From positions 1-64,000 of the forward strand of contig NIVC01003355.1 in assembly GCA_002269645.1 (NCBI GenBank): a stretch of DNA of 64,000 nt, in the 5' to 3' direction. Source of the stretch: Macrostomum lignano. Taxonomy: Eukaryota. The notes beneath the pieces were generated by a model. It did not search any database and was not told where the DNA came from. It saw nothing but the letters and a program-made list of their open reading frames with translations. Shown in pieces: positions 24,063 to 36,595 of the stretch. Every line of letters begins with the position of its first letter. Positions within the stretch are counted from its first letter, which is position 1. Position numbers and translations under genes: made by a program.

Positions 24063-24728
24063 TATAAATTTACTTTTGTTTGTGAATTTTTTTTCTTTTA
24101 AAATGATGCTAATGATGCAGAATGACAAATAAGAGTTGTCTATGGCCCATACTAGCCGTGTAGAGTTGTTTGGAGCACGAAAATTCAGCTGAGTTTTATT
24201 GAGCTCATAATGTCAACTGGTAACACAACTGGTGGGAAACATTTTTAAACAGCACTGAGCATTGCTCAGTTCAGTTCAATGCAGTCCTGACTGTCTCGGA
24301 TTCCTAAACTAGGTAATAGGCCCTAATGACAAATCTAGTACAGAATGCTACCAAAAGCCTTGGCAGGCCCCGGGTGAAGGTGTCGCCATAGATACTCTTG
24401 GATCTATAGTCTCATCAGTACTTACTGTCACTTCCATCAAATCCCTTGAATTCATATTTAGTTCCGTCAGTGCCTGTGCTAGCAGAACTTCATTTGGTGG
24501 CACAATCCACAATGGTCTTAGAGGCCATCTAGCCATTTGCAAATCAGAAGAGTCTCAAAGTCTCTAAAGTCCAAACTATAATAAGGGCTCAATAAAACTC
24601 AGCCAAATTTTTGTGCCCCAAACAACTCTATGCGGCTAGTACAAGCCATAGACAACTTCTATTTGTCATTCCGGGTCATTGGCATCATTTTAAAAGAAAA
24701 AAAAATTTGTGAATGAAAGTAAATTTAT
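24063..24728. mobile_element. Foldback/MITE-like element with ~145-bp imperfect inverted arms
   Basis: 24063-24206 (…GAATGACAAATAAGAGTTGTCTATGG…GCTGAGTTTTATTGAGC) mirrors 24586-24728 (GCTCAATAAAACTCAGC…CCATAGACAACTTCTATTTGTCATTC…). Confidence 0.75.
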
Positions 24729-25439
24729 GCCAAGAAATGTCATCTTATGGAACTCACATAAATAAACACCTTTTGTATAGTAGTATATCCAAACTTAGCA
24801 TTAAAGCTTTGCATATTAAAAAACTCTGCTTTAGCAGGAAAATTGGCAATAAAAGCAATAACTAACAATTTAATAGTGCTAAACTCCACTTTAAATTTCA
24901 TGTTTGATGTATTCTTTAGCATAGGGTGCAAACAATCTTGCCTATTCAGGCTTAGATTCTCTATAAATAAACAGCAAATAGGACAATTTTTCTTAATATA
25001 TTTGTTCTTTTGAAAGTAAGTTGACAATGGCACATGTTAATGGTCATAGATGATAGCCTTTTGATTTTTGTATAGGTTCTATGGTGTATGTGTCAATGTA
25101 TCTTGACAATGGACTTTGGAATTAAAGTAAGGTTGCATAAGGAAAACATAGAACTAAATCTGCTTTGTAGATAGGCTAGCTATCTAAGCATATATGATGA
25201 CTTTTTGCTTTTCATTTTTTCCAACCATCAATTTCATATCATTTCTATAATTATTTTTTATCAAATAAAAATTGAAAAGTTTACAAAAATATAAAAATTA
25301 AACCTTGCTAGGGTTTAAGCTTTAAGCATATTTAGTTATATTGCTTTACATCAAGGGTCAACAAACTTTTTTACCTCAAGGGTTGGATGAAGAAGCCAGC
25401 TTGTGGCTATGGGCCAGTTGAGAGAAAAAAGGAATAAAA

Positions 25440-25820
25440 GATATAATTAACAAAACAAGATAAGAAAACAGGGGAGGGATAAGAGAAGGAAGAGAAAAGA
25501 AAGGGGACAAGGGGATAAAAAGGAGAGAAGAAAGGGAGATAAAGGGGAGAAAGGAGAGAAGAGAGAGGGAGAAAAGGAGGAAGAGGAGATAGAAGGGAGA
25601 GAGGAAAGGGAGATAAGAGAATAGAAGATAGAGAGAGAGAAGAAAGGGGAAGAAAAGAGGGGAAAGGAAAGGGGGAGAAGAGAGAGGGGATATAGAGAGA
25701 GGAGATAGTGGAGAGAAGGAATAGAGAAGCTCTCTCTAGAGAGGGGAGAATGATAAGAGAATAGACAGTGGTAAAGAGTGGGAAGAGGGGATAAGAGATA
25801 AGAGAGAGAAAAGAAAAAAG
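25440..25820. repeat. Purine-rich (GA) low-complexity tract
   Basis: Almost exclusively A/G on the plus strand. Confidence 0.85.
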
Positions 25821-26640
25821 ATGAACATTGAGCAGGTCAGATTACTATTTTGAAGTTTCAATGGACCTGAGAGCCAGATAGAAAAGCTTTGCTGGCCACA
25901 TGTGGCCTGCAGACAAGAGTTTGCCAACCCTTGCTTTATATTTAGATATAGGCCTAAATTATGCTATATACAAATAGTTAAGGTATACTATTTCAGTATT
26001 TTTAATAACATTTCTAAATCTTCAAAATTTGGTTTTATCAATGTATGTCTTTGAGCTACATTGAATTTTGTGTTAATATTTAGAATTTAAAAGCATTAAC
26101 TACAATTGGCAAAAGAACTACTCCATACCAGGTAAGGTATCATTTCTTAATATTAACAAACTGCAATCTTGGAGCACAATTTTTGCATAGCAATTTTTAA
26201 ATGCAAGGTTATGTGTACAATAGTACTTAAGTGTTTGAATTCTAAGTTCATATCATATAAAAAGCAAGGTAAAAAGGCAAAGAAGAAAGAGGCTAAGATT
26301 TTTACACCTTAGTTTTTAAAATAAACAAAGAGCATAAAACAAAGCAAACAAAAAGAAAGATTTGCAACTGGATTTCTATAATTTTTTGTTAAAACTAAAT
26401 TACAGTGGTTGATATAGATTGGGGAGTTTATTCATCTATATGTATAGGCATCTAGCTTAAAATTTCTTACAGAAATGAGATTGTTATTTATCAATCAATT
26501 GTCATTGTAGTTGAAGTATTTATTTAAAATAGTCATTAAGTAAAATCATTGTTAATTTTCCAATCATTGGAACAAAGCATATGTAACTAGTTCAAATATG
26601 CTCAACTATTCTGTTTATAAATGCTATCATTCATGGGAAT

Positions 26641-26960
26641 TGGTAAAATTAGTAAGGGCTCTATGGGAATCTTTGGGATTAATAAGGGCTCCAGGGGAAT
26701 CTCTGAGATTAGTAAGGGCTTCAGAGGAATCTTTTGGATTAGTAAGGGCTCCAGGGGAAGCTCTGGGAGTAGTAAGGGCTCCAGGGGAATCTCTGGGATT
26801 AGTAAGAGCTCCAGAGGAATCTTTTGGATTAGTAAGGGCTCCAGGGGAATCTCTGGGAGTAGTAAGGACTCCAAGGGGATCTCTGGGATTAGTAAGGGCT
26901 CCAGGGGAATCTCTGAGATTAGTAAGGGCTCCAGGGGAATCTCTTGGATGAGTAAGGATA
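26641..26960. repeat. 30-bp minisatellite (ATTAGTAAGGGCTCCAGGGGAATCTCTGGG)n, ~11 copies
   Basis: Period 30; produces repeated 10-aa ORFs in several frames. Confidence 0.9.
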
Positions 26961-27252
26961 CCACGTAAATTTCTGGAATAGGAAAGAGGTCATGGAATCA
27001 ATGGAAAGGTTTATATTTTTTCTGTAATTTTAGTCAATAAAAATGTCTAATGTCTGGTTTTCTCTTTTTAATCTGCTTAACTGAGTATATAACTGCTATT
27101 TAAGTCTATTTTTAGTACCGATGTATTCATAAATTATCATCTCCTTTATTTAATCTGTAATCTAAATATGCGCATTGCTAATATGCTACTGATAGTAGCT
27201 AACTACTGTATATTAATTATATATATATGCTCTCTTATAGCCTCGACTACGC

Positions 27253-30200
27253 ATGAAAGGCAGGCTAAGCCTCAGCGTCCCAAATAGCCATTGCGAAGAG
27301 CTATCTAGCGAGATAATACCCTATCTGGTGAAATTTGTTAAATCGGTTGATATATTCTTTTCTGACGGCCCATCCAGTACGCCAGACGACAGGCAATGGG
27401 TGACTTGCACAGGCGTAGGGGACAATCTGCAATACGCTTACAATTATGTTAATCTCGTCTGCTCTGTGCCGCCGCACAGCATGTTTTGCAAAGTTTCTAA
27501 CCGGGCTCTGGCTAAACTGATGTCCAGTCACAGTTCTCTGCGCTTCTTACTAGAGCAGAACTATAGATGCCATTTGAAATCTCAGCAGACAGATGAGCTC
27601 GACGACCCAGTTGGCGATTTTAAAGTGATTGGCCAACAGAATGACGCCTGTAAACTGGTGCAAGCGTTGGAAAGCATTGCAAAACATTGTTTACATATTA
27701 CTGGTCAGATTCCTCGGGAAGCTTTGGAGAAAACTGCTCGAAGTTTAATTGAACAGTTCGGTTTGAATTTTGAGGTATTATTTTTTGTTGTAATTCTAAT
27801 AATTTATTTATGATTATCAGTTATATACATGTAAAGGTGGGGCACCCTGATGCGGCAGTGTTTTCGGCGATATCTTTTCGTGACAAGTAGTGGGGTCGCC
27901 ATCACAAACCCGAAAAGCACTTCCTATCATAAGTCTGAAATATCACAACCAAGGACAACTAAACCAATGTATATACCGGACGCGACACTCGAAATCTATG
28001 CGAAATGTTTTTGAAAGCCACTTTTCGCCAAAATATACACTACGAAGATAGGAAGTATTCATTTTTTCGGCACAAAAATTGTTATTGCTTTGGATAAGGG
28101 GCAGATCCAATGTTTTGAAAGCAATTCGTTCAGAAAATTAGGATTGTATGTTAATTTTTTATTCTACATACCTTTCCTGTACCTAAAAATCATAAAAATG
28201 CATGGCACTGCTCTCGAATCTTTGGTTATATATGATTTTATTTCCATAATAGATTTCGAGTGTCGCGTCCTGTATATGCGTTGCCTTAGTTGTCCTTGGT
28301 TATGATAGTTCCGGTTTGTGATAGGCGTTGCTAGCAATTTCGGAGTTATGATAGTTCCGGTTTGTGATAGGCGTTGCTAGCAATTTCGGAGTTATGATAG
28401 TTCGGGTTTGTGATTTTTCGGGTTTATGATGTCAGACACGCACAGACACGCACTCATACACAAGCTCACACGGGGTTTACACTTACAGCTCAGGTAGTTA
28501 ATCCTTATGGCTGTGAACCTTCAAAGGGTACATAGAGAATGTACATGCATGACCCGATTGGAAGTCAGGGCCGCTTTACACCCTGTGTGAGCTTGTGCAG
28601 TATCTTGTGCAGGTTTAGTAGTATATTCGGCATTTAGCGAAGTAGTATCTGGATAGTATATCAAATTCGTAGTTAAGAACGCCCTAAAAGGGGCCGTTTT
28701 AGTACAACACAAGCTTTGCCCGAATCCAGAGCACTCAACCGGAACCATACCATACCTTAACAACAGGAGCTAGTTACCGAAAGCACAGTTCTTACCTATG
28801 CGGTTTTCAACTGGTTAACTGGAGCCCAGCACAGTCTTCAACCCATTGGCAAAGGCCTGCCACAACTGGAATTGTGCGAATCTATGGAAGCAGATAGTTC
28901 GAATTCAAAAACTAATACTACCGGCCGTTTAAACATTTTGTCAGAAAATATTAGTAAACGATTAGGACCGCCAGTTGCTATGGAAACAGACGAGCAGCCC
29001 ATTGCTAAGCGATTAGGACCTGCTCCTGGTTTGGCTGCTTCTACTTCGGGTCCTTCGGGTCCGTTAGTAAGCGGCTACTTGGCCTCTGCCACGGGAGCGT
29101 ACTCCTTGCTGCCTACTAACGATGATGGCATTGCTAGAATCTTTGAGGCCTCGCCTCCGCTCCGACCCTTGCTACCTAGCAACCCACGGCTCAACTCTAC
29201 TAAGCAGCAGCCACAGCCTCGGCAGAGGCGAAAACAACCGACACCAATAGTGATTGATTCTCCGTCACCGCCATCGTCGCCAACTACTACTACAACAGCT
29301 ACAGAAGCTAATAATAGTGCTACTAATAATATAGCCGATAGATCTATTCACATCGATATTGATGATGACGAGGATGATAATAGTAATTTAAATCGTCCTA
29401 GCAGCACGGCGGCTGCGGCTGCTGCTGCTACTTCTGCTGCTCCTGAAGACGATGATGACTTGATGGTTGTCAGCATTGACAGACCATCGGATCAGGATCC
29501 ACCAGCCATACCATCTTCCATTCCGTTTGCTCGCTACGGACAGACGTTTGGGTCTACGTCTACTTCGGCTGTTCGACGGCCTTCGCCGATTCGAGGGCCT
29601 TCGCCTCCGGTTAGTGAAGCTAATTATCAATTTTTATGTAGTGTCCTTCCCTGAACCCTTGGATTATCTCTTCTCTCGACTCAGCTGCCATTATCTCTTC
29701 ACTCAGATGCCATTATCTCTTCACTCAGATGCCATTATCTCTTCACTCAGATGCCATTATCTCTTCACTCAGATGCCATTATCTCTTCACTCAGATGCCA
29801 TTATCTCTTCACTCAGATGCCATTATCTCTTCACTCAGATGCCATTATCTCTTCACTCAGATGCCATTATCTCTTCACTCAGCTGCCATTATCTCTTCAC
29901 TCAGATGCCATTATCTCTTCTCTCAGATGCCATTATCTCTTCTCTCAAATGCATTTGTCTCTTCATTCAGATGCCATTATCTCTTCTCTCAGATGCCTTT
30001 GTCTCTTCACTCAGATGCCATTATCTCTTCTCTCAAATGCATTTGTCTCTTCATTCAGATGCCATTATCTCTTCTCTCAGATGCCTTTGTCTCTTCACTC
30101 AGATGTCATTATCTCTTCACTCAGCTGCCATTATCTCTTCACTCAGATGCCATTATCTCTTCTCTCAAATGCATTTGTCTCTTCATTCAGATGCCATTAT

Positions 30201-33200
30201 CTCTTCTCTCAGATGCCTTTGTCTCTTCACTCAGATGCCATTATCTCTTCTCTCAGATGCCCTTGTCTCTTCACTCAGATGCCATTATCTCTTCACTCAT
30301 ATGCCATTATATCTTCATTGAGATGCCATTCTCTATTCTGACGTCATTTCCTATTCAAGTTGCCATATTTGAATCAATCCTGCAGACTCGGTCGCAGGCT
30401 CCATCAACCGGATACTTGGGACATACTGCGCAACAGCCGCAGCAGCAGCAACAACAACTGCAGCAACAGCAGCAGCAACAACAACTGCAGCAACAGCAGC
30501 AGCAACAACAACTGCAGCAACAGCAGCAGCAACAACAACTGCAGCAACAGCAGCAACAACAACAACTGCAGCAACAGCAGCAGCAATCTCGCACGATGCC
30601 GCTGCTGCCCACTCCCATCGGTATGGTGCAGCAGCTCTCACCAGAGCAAGCTCGAGCGGCCTGTCTGGCATCCGGCAGAGCCTACATACCCGATAAACCG
30701 CCCGAAGGAGTCGATCCCAGCCAGTTGAGAACGGTCGTTATCGACGGTCCCCAGTGCGGCTTCATGTACACTGGCAATCGGTTCTTTGATCCAACTGGCA
30801 TTTTAGTTGCTGTGCAGTGGTTTCTAGACAAAGGTCACACCGACGTTACCGCGTTTCTGTCTCGAAAGTTCTACAATCGGGCCAATGAGCAGCGGCATAT
30901 TCTGGAGAGTTTGCAGCAGCAACATTTGCTGGCTATTACACCTAGCAGGTGAGGGAATTGCTGCTTGATTCATTGGCTAATTGGTGATTGGGCTGATTTA
31001 TTGATTGATTGGGCTGATTTATTGATTGATTGGGCTGATTTATTGATTGATTGGGCTGATTTATTGATTGATTGGGCTGATTTATTGATTGATTGGGCTG
31101 ATTTATTGATTGATTGGGCTGATTTATTGATTGATTGGGCTGATTTATTGATTGATTGGGCTGATTTATTGATTGATTGGGCTGATTTATTGATTGATTG
31201 GGCTGATTTATTGATTGATTGGGCTGATTAATTGAGTGATTGGGCTGATTTATTGATTTATTGATTGATTTATTGGCTGATTGACTGATTGATTGATTTA
31301 TTGGCTGATTGATTGGGCTGATTTATTGATTTATTGATTGAGTTATTGGCTGATTGACTGATTTATTTATTTATTGGCTGATTGATTTATTTATTTATTT
31401 ATTGGCTGATTGATTGATTTATTTTTTTATTGGCTGATTGATTGATTTATTTTTTTATTGGCTGATTGATTGATTTATTTATTTATTGGCTGATTGATTG
31501 ATTTATTAGCTGATTGATTTATTCATTTTTTCATTGATTGGCTGATAAATTGAAAAATTGTTTGATTGATTGATTTATTGGCTGATTGACTGATTAATTT
31601 ATTGATTAGTCGATTGATTGATTGATTGACTGGCTCATTTATTGATTGATTGGCTGATTGATTTATTGATTAGTTGATTGACTGGCTCGTTGGATGATTG
31701 GCTGATTGATAACTCCAAAAGGCTTCATAGTAAACGCAAAACCCGGGCCTTTTAAAACAGACACGGAGTGGCCAGCTACGAAGACAGATTTATTCTCGAC
31801 TACGCCGCTCAGAAAGATGGGGTGGTGGTCTCCAATGACAATTTCCGCGATCTGCTATCGGACGAGCATACGGATGAAAAGCAGAGAAAAATTATCACCG
31901 ACAGGGTGATCACATTCTGCTTCGCTCGCCAGGTCTTCATGCCGGCTATCGATCCGCTGGGTCCTGGGAAGCCGACCCGAGATCAGCTGCTCAGCAAGGT
32001 GGATCTAGCGCCTGAGAGGGCCACCGTTCCTAGCAGTGGCAGCAATCCGAACTTCAGAAATTGTGAGCTTGCTTGTGCATTTTTAGGGGGATTTGTGCCC
32101 TTAGCAATGGTGTAACTGATTGCCCGCCATTCTGTGCCCTTAGCAACGGTGTAATTGATTGCCCGCCATTCTGTGTCCTTAGCAACGGTGTAATTGATTG
32201 CCCGCCATTCTGTGTCCTTAGAAACGGTGTAATTGATTGCCCGCCATTCTGTGTCCTTAGCAACGGTGTAATTGATTGCCCGCCATTCTGTGTCCTTAGC
32301 AACGGTGTAATTGATTGCCCGCCATTCTGTGTCCTTAGCAACGGTGTAATTGATTGCCCGCCATTCTGTGTCCTTAGCAACGGTGTAATTGATTGCCCGC
32401 CATTCTGTGCCCTTAGCAACGGTGTAACTGATTGCCCGCCATTCTGTGTCCTTAGAAACGGTGTAATTGATTGCCCGCCATTCTGTGTCCTTAGCAACGG
32501 TGTAATTGATTGCCCGCCATTCTGTGTCCTTAGCAACGGTGTAATTGATTGCCCGCCATTCTGTGTCCTTAGCAACGGTGTAATTGATTGCCCGCCATTC
32601 TGTGCCCTTAGCAACGGTGTAATTGATTGCCCTCCATTCTGTGTCCTTAGCAACTGTGTAATTGATTGCCCGCCATTCTGTGTCCTTAGCAACGGTGTAA
32701 TTGATTGCCTGCCATTCTGTGCCCTTAGCAACGGTGTAATTGATTGCCCGCCATTCTGTGCCCTTAGCAACGGTGTAATTGATTGCCCGCCATTCTGTGT
32801 TCTTAGCAACAAAGTAATTGGCCCATTCTGTGTCTTTACAAACGATGTAATTGTCTCATTCGGCGTCCTTAGCAACGCCATGATTGCTTCTTTTCTGTGT
32901 CCTTAGCAACGCCATGATTTTCCTTATTCTGTGGCCTTGGCAACAGTAATCGCCCCGGTTGTGCGTCCTTAGCAACAGTGTAATCGCCCCTGTTCTGCGT
33001 CCTTAGGAACATGTGTAATCTCTCCCGAGTCTCAACTAGCAGGTTGCTCCAACTTTGCTAATTAAATTAATAACCAAAAAGCGTCCATGAAATTCTCTCA
33101 TTTCTTAGTTGTCGACTTGAGTCGCGTCAGCCCGACGAGTCGCTGGCGTAACAGCAACAACAACAAAGGCGGCAATAATCCCGGCGGCTATTCTGACTCT

Positions 33201-33285
33201 GCTCACGGCGCCGCCGCGGGTCGCTCCTGCAGTCCAGCCGGAGCTCAGAATCAACAAAAGCAGAAGCAGCAAAAGCAGAAGTCGA

Positions 33286-33317
<32 letters not shown>

Positions 33318-33512
33318 ACTCGCGTTGCCAGTGGCAGCCTACTGCAAAATCGGCCTCGCTCTCCGGAATGCGAGCGCAAATTGGAGCAACAACTGTCCGA
33401 AATGCTGCCTATCGAGCGGATCCGCCTGCTCCCGGACATTCTGGCCGCCTATCCCGACAGGCGAGAGGTGGACTTCTTTGCTAACAAACTGATGGACGCC
33501 AATTTAAACTAA
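27253..33512 (+). CDS. N4BP1: N4BP1/KHNYN-like RNase: N-terminal di-KH-like domain, low-complexity linker, NYN/PIN (Regnase-type) nuclease, C-terminal CUE-like (CoCUN/CUBAN) domain; 5 exons, ~877 aa
   Basis: Exons 27253-27774, 28767-29609, 30386-30948, 31761-32062, 33109-33512 (phases 0,0,2,1; total 2634 nt). QWVTCTG...QYAYNYVNLVC resembles N4BP1 IWLQLCG...AKEYIKGIC. Nuclease motifs LRTVVIDG...GILVAVQWFLDKGH...TPSR...YEDRF...GVVVSNDNFRD...FMPAIDPLG. Tail RSPECERKLEQQL...ILAAYP...DFFANKLMD. The exon 2 acceptor is the least certain boundary, and N4BP1 versus KHNYN orthology is unresolved. Confidence 0.85.
27901..28430. mobile_element. MITE-like inverted-repeat element in the first coding intron of the N4BP1-like gene
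   Basis: 27901-27997 (ATCACAAACCCGAAAA…GGACGCGACACTCGAAATCTAT) mirrors 28249-28430 (ATAGATTTCGAGTGTCGCGTCC…TTTTCGGGTTTATGAT); the right arm carries an internal 45-bp duplication. Confidence 0.75.
29664..30330. repeat. 22-bp intronic minisatellite (TCACTCAGATGCCATTATCTCT)n, ~30 copies
   Basis: Period 22; fills intron 29610-30385. Confidence 0.95.
30430..30585 (+). repeat. Coding polyQ tract (CAG/CAA, 27-bp higher-order unit giving Q8L repeats)
   Basis: In frame within exon 3 of the N4BP1-like gene. Confidence 0.9.
30966..31700. repeat. 21-bp intronic minisatellite (GCTGATTTATTGATTGATTGG)n degrading into (GATT)n
   Basis: Period 21 for the first ~13 units, then degenerate; fills intron 30949-31760. 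Confidence 0.95.
32085..33015. repeat. 39-bp intronic minisatellite (TTAGCAACGGTGTAATTGATTGCCCGCCATTCTGTGTCC)n
   Basis: Period 39, ~19 clean units followed by degenerate ones; fills intron 32063-33108. Confidence 0.95.
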
Positions 33513-33624
33513 TATGGTACGCGATTTTGCTTTCCAATTTCCCAAACTTTACGAAACAGACTGCAAAATCTGAATTTAAATTGGGTTTTTATTGTTTTTT
33601 TACGAAGCTTTCTGAACTTTTTGT

Positions 33625-34490
33625 ACTCTGAGCACACTCCAATCACTCCCCCGTCTTCTAAGTACTCTCTGATCACTCTCCTGTAGTCTGAGCACTCTCT
33701 GATCCCTCTCCCGTAGTCTAAGCACTCCCCGGTCACTCTTCCCGTAGTCTAAGCGCTCTCATTACTCTACCGTAGTCTAAGCACTCTCTAATCACTCTCC
33801 CGTAGTCTAAGTACTCTCACGTTACTCTCCTGTAGTCTGAGCACTCTTCAATCACTCCCCCGACTTCTAAGTACTCTCTGATCACTCTCCTGTAGTCTGA
33901 GCACTCTCTGATCCCTCTCCCGTAGTCTAAGCACTCCCCGGTCACTCTTCCCGTAGTCTAAGCGCTCTCATTACTCTACCGTAGTCTAAGCACTCTCTAA
34001 TCACTCTCCCGTAGTCTAAGTACTCTCATGTTACTCTCCTGTAGTCTGAGCACTCTTCAATCACTCCCCCGACTTCTAAGTACTCTCTGATCACTCTCCT
34101 GTAGTCTGAGCACTCTCTGATCCCTCTCCCGTAGTCTAAGCACTCCCCGGTCACTCTTCCCGTAGTCTAAGCGCTCTCATTACTCTACCGTAGTCTAAGC
34201 ACTCTCTAATCACTCTCCCGTAGTCTAAGTACTCCTGTCACCCTCCTGTAGTCTGAGCACTCTCCAATCACTCCCCCGTAGTCTAAGCACTCTCTGATCA
34301 CTCCTCTGTAGTATAAGTACTCTCCTGTCACTCCCGTTGTCCGAGCATCCTCCGGCCACTCTCCCGTAGTCTGAGCACTCCAGGTCTCTTGTAGTGTAAA
34401 GACTAAAAATTGTTCTCACGTAGCCTAAGCACTCTCCGGTCACTCCGCCGTAGTCTCTGCACTCTAGCCAGTCACTCTCGTGCAGTCAAC
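33625..34490. repeat. ~30-bp satellite organised as a 209-bp higher-order repeat (7 monomers)
   Basis: The variant TCTAAGTACTCTCTGATC recurs with its G at 33662, 33871 and 34080 (spacing 209). Confidence 0.9.
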
Positions 34491-35134
34491 GCACTCTTCA
34501 GTTTTCCTTTGTACTAAATAGCCTAAGTGTGAATCTTATACTCCATAACAATGATTGAGTAGATGCTGTAAGTGATTTAAATAGTGAATTCCGCTCCTCT
34601 GTTCTGTAATACTGTGCTGTTAACTTGGTCATGGTCATTTTATTATTCTATAAATATTTCCCATCATTAACTTAAACCTTTTCGGGACAGCCTATTCTTG
34701 TAAAACTAATAGTTTTATGACAAAAAATTGTTTTACCTAACTGAACTACTAATTTAAAGTAGGACTTTTCTGTTTTTTAATTATCGTTTATTTTAAGGTT
34801 CTCTTTGTTTTAATATAAGTTGAAGTTTAATTTAGCAGTACAGTATGACCTCTATTTGTTTAGTGTGCTTTGCAATGTACCACCTGTACAGACTGTTGAA
34901 ACACTGTACAGAATAACCTTAAAATTATTGGCTATGTGCTTTTTAAACTTAACAACCGTCATGTTTGCTAAACTGAAATCAATTGCATAAACACGAGACT
35001 CATAAACACCGTTATTTTCTTTCTCTAATTACAAATTTGTGTAATTGCAAACTTCTGTCAGTCTTTGCATTGCATTAATCTTTTAGTAATTGGTTATATG
35101 CATTTTATTAGCGCTTAAGTCTTCAGACGGCATC

Positions 35135-36595
35135 AGAGTCGCTTCAGAGTGTTCAGATGGTATCTAGAGTCGCTTCAGAGTGTTCAGATGGTATCAAGAG
35201 TCGCTTCAGTGTGTTCAGATGGTATCAAGAGTCGCTTCAGTGTGTTCAGATGGTATCAAGAGTCGCTTCAGTGTGTTCAGATGCTATCAAGAGTCGCTTC
35301 AGAGTGTTCAGATGGTATCAAGAGTCGCTTCAGTGTGTTCAGATGGTATCAAGAGTCGCTTCAGTGTGTTCAGATGGTATCTAGAGTCGCTTAAGAATGT
35401 TCAGATGGTATCTAGAGTCGCTTAAGAATGTTCAGATGGTATCAAGAGTCGCTTCAGTGTGTTCAGATGGTATCAAGAGTCGCTTCAGTGTGTTCAGATG
35501 GTATCAAGAGTCGCTTCAGTGTGTACAGATGGTATTAAGAGTCGCTTCAGTGTGTACAGATGGTATCAAGAGTCGCTTCAGTGTGTTCAGATGGTATCAA
35601 GAGTCGCTTCAGAGTGTTCAGATGGTATCAAGAGTCGCTTCAGAATGTTCAGATGGTATCAAGAGTCGCTTCAGAGTGTTCAGATGGTATCAAGAGTCGC
35701 TTCAGTGTGTTCAGATGGTATCAAGAGTCGCTTCAGTGTGTTCAGATGGTATCAAGAGTCGCTTCAGTGTGTTCAAATGGTATTAAGAATCGCTTCAGTG
35801 TGTTCAGATGCTATCAAGAGTCGCTTCAGTGTGTTCAGATGGTATCAAGAGTCGCTTCAGTGTGTTCAGATGGTATCTAGAGTCGCTTAAGAATGTTCAG
35901 ATGGTAATCTGAGTCGCTTCAGTGTGTTCAGATGGTATCAAGAGTCGCTTCAGTGTGTTCAGATGGTATCAAGAGTCGCTTCAGTGTGTTCAGATGGTAT
36001 CAAGAGTCGCTTCAGAATGTTCAGATGGTATCAAGAGTCGCTTCAGTGTGTTCAGATGGTATCAAGAGTCGCTTCAGTGTGTTCAGATGGTATCAAAAGT
36101 CGCTTCAGTGTGTTCAGATGGTATCAAGAGTCGCTTCAGTGTGTTCAGATGGTATCAAGAGTCGCTTCAGTGTGTTCTGATGGTATCAAGAGTCGCTTCA
36201 GAATGTTCAGATGGTATCAAGAGTCGCTTCAGAGTGTTCAGATGGGATCAAGAGTCGCTTCAGTGTGTTCAGATGGTATCAAGAGTCGCTTCAGTGTGTT
36301 CAGATGGTATCAAGAGTCGCTTCAGTGTGTTCAGATGGCATCAAGAGTCGCTTCAGTGTGTTCTGATGGTATCAAGAGTCGCTTCAGAATGTTCAGATGG
36401 TATCAAGAGTCGCTTCAGGGTGTTCAGATGGTATCAAGAGTCGCTTCAGAGTGTTCAGATGGTATCAAGAGTCGCTTCAGTGTGTTCAGATGGTATCAAG
36501 AGTCGCTTCAGAGTGTTCAGATGGTATCTAGAGTCGCTTCAGAGTGTTCAGATGGTATCAAGAGTCGCTTCAGAGTGTTCAGATGGTATCAAGAG
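35135..36595. repeat. 31-bp minisatellite (TTCAGATGGTATCAAGAGTCGCTTCAGTGTG)n, ~47 copies
   Basis: Period 31, no spacers. Confidence 0.95.
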
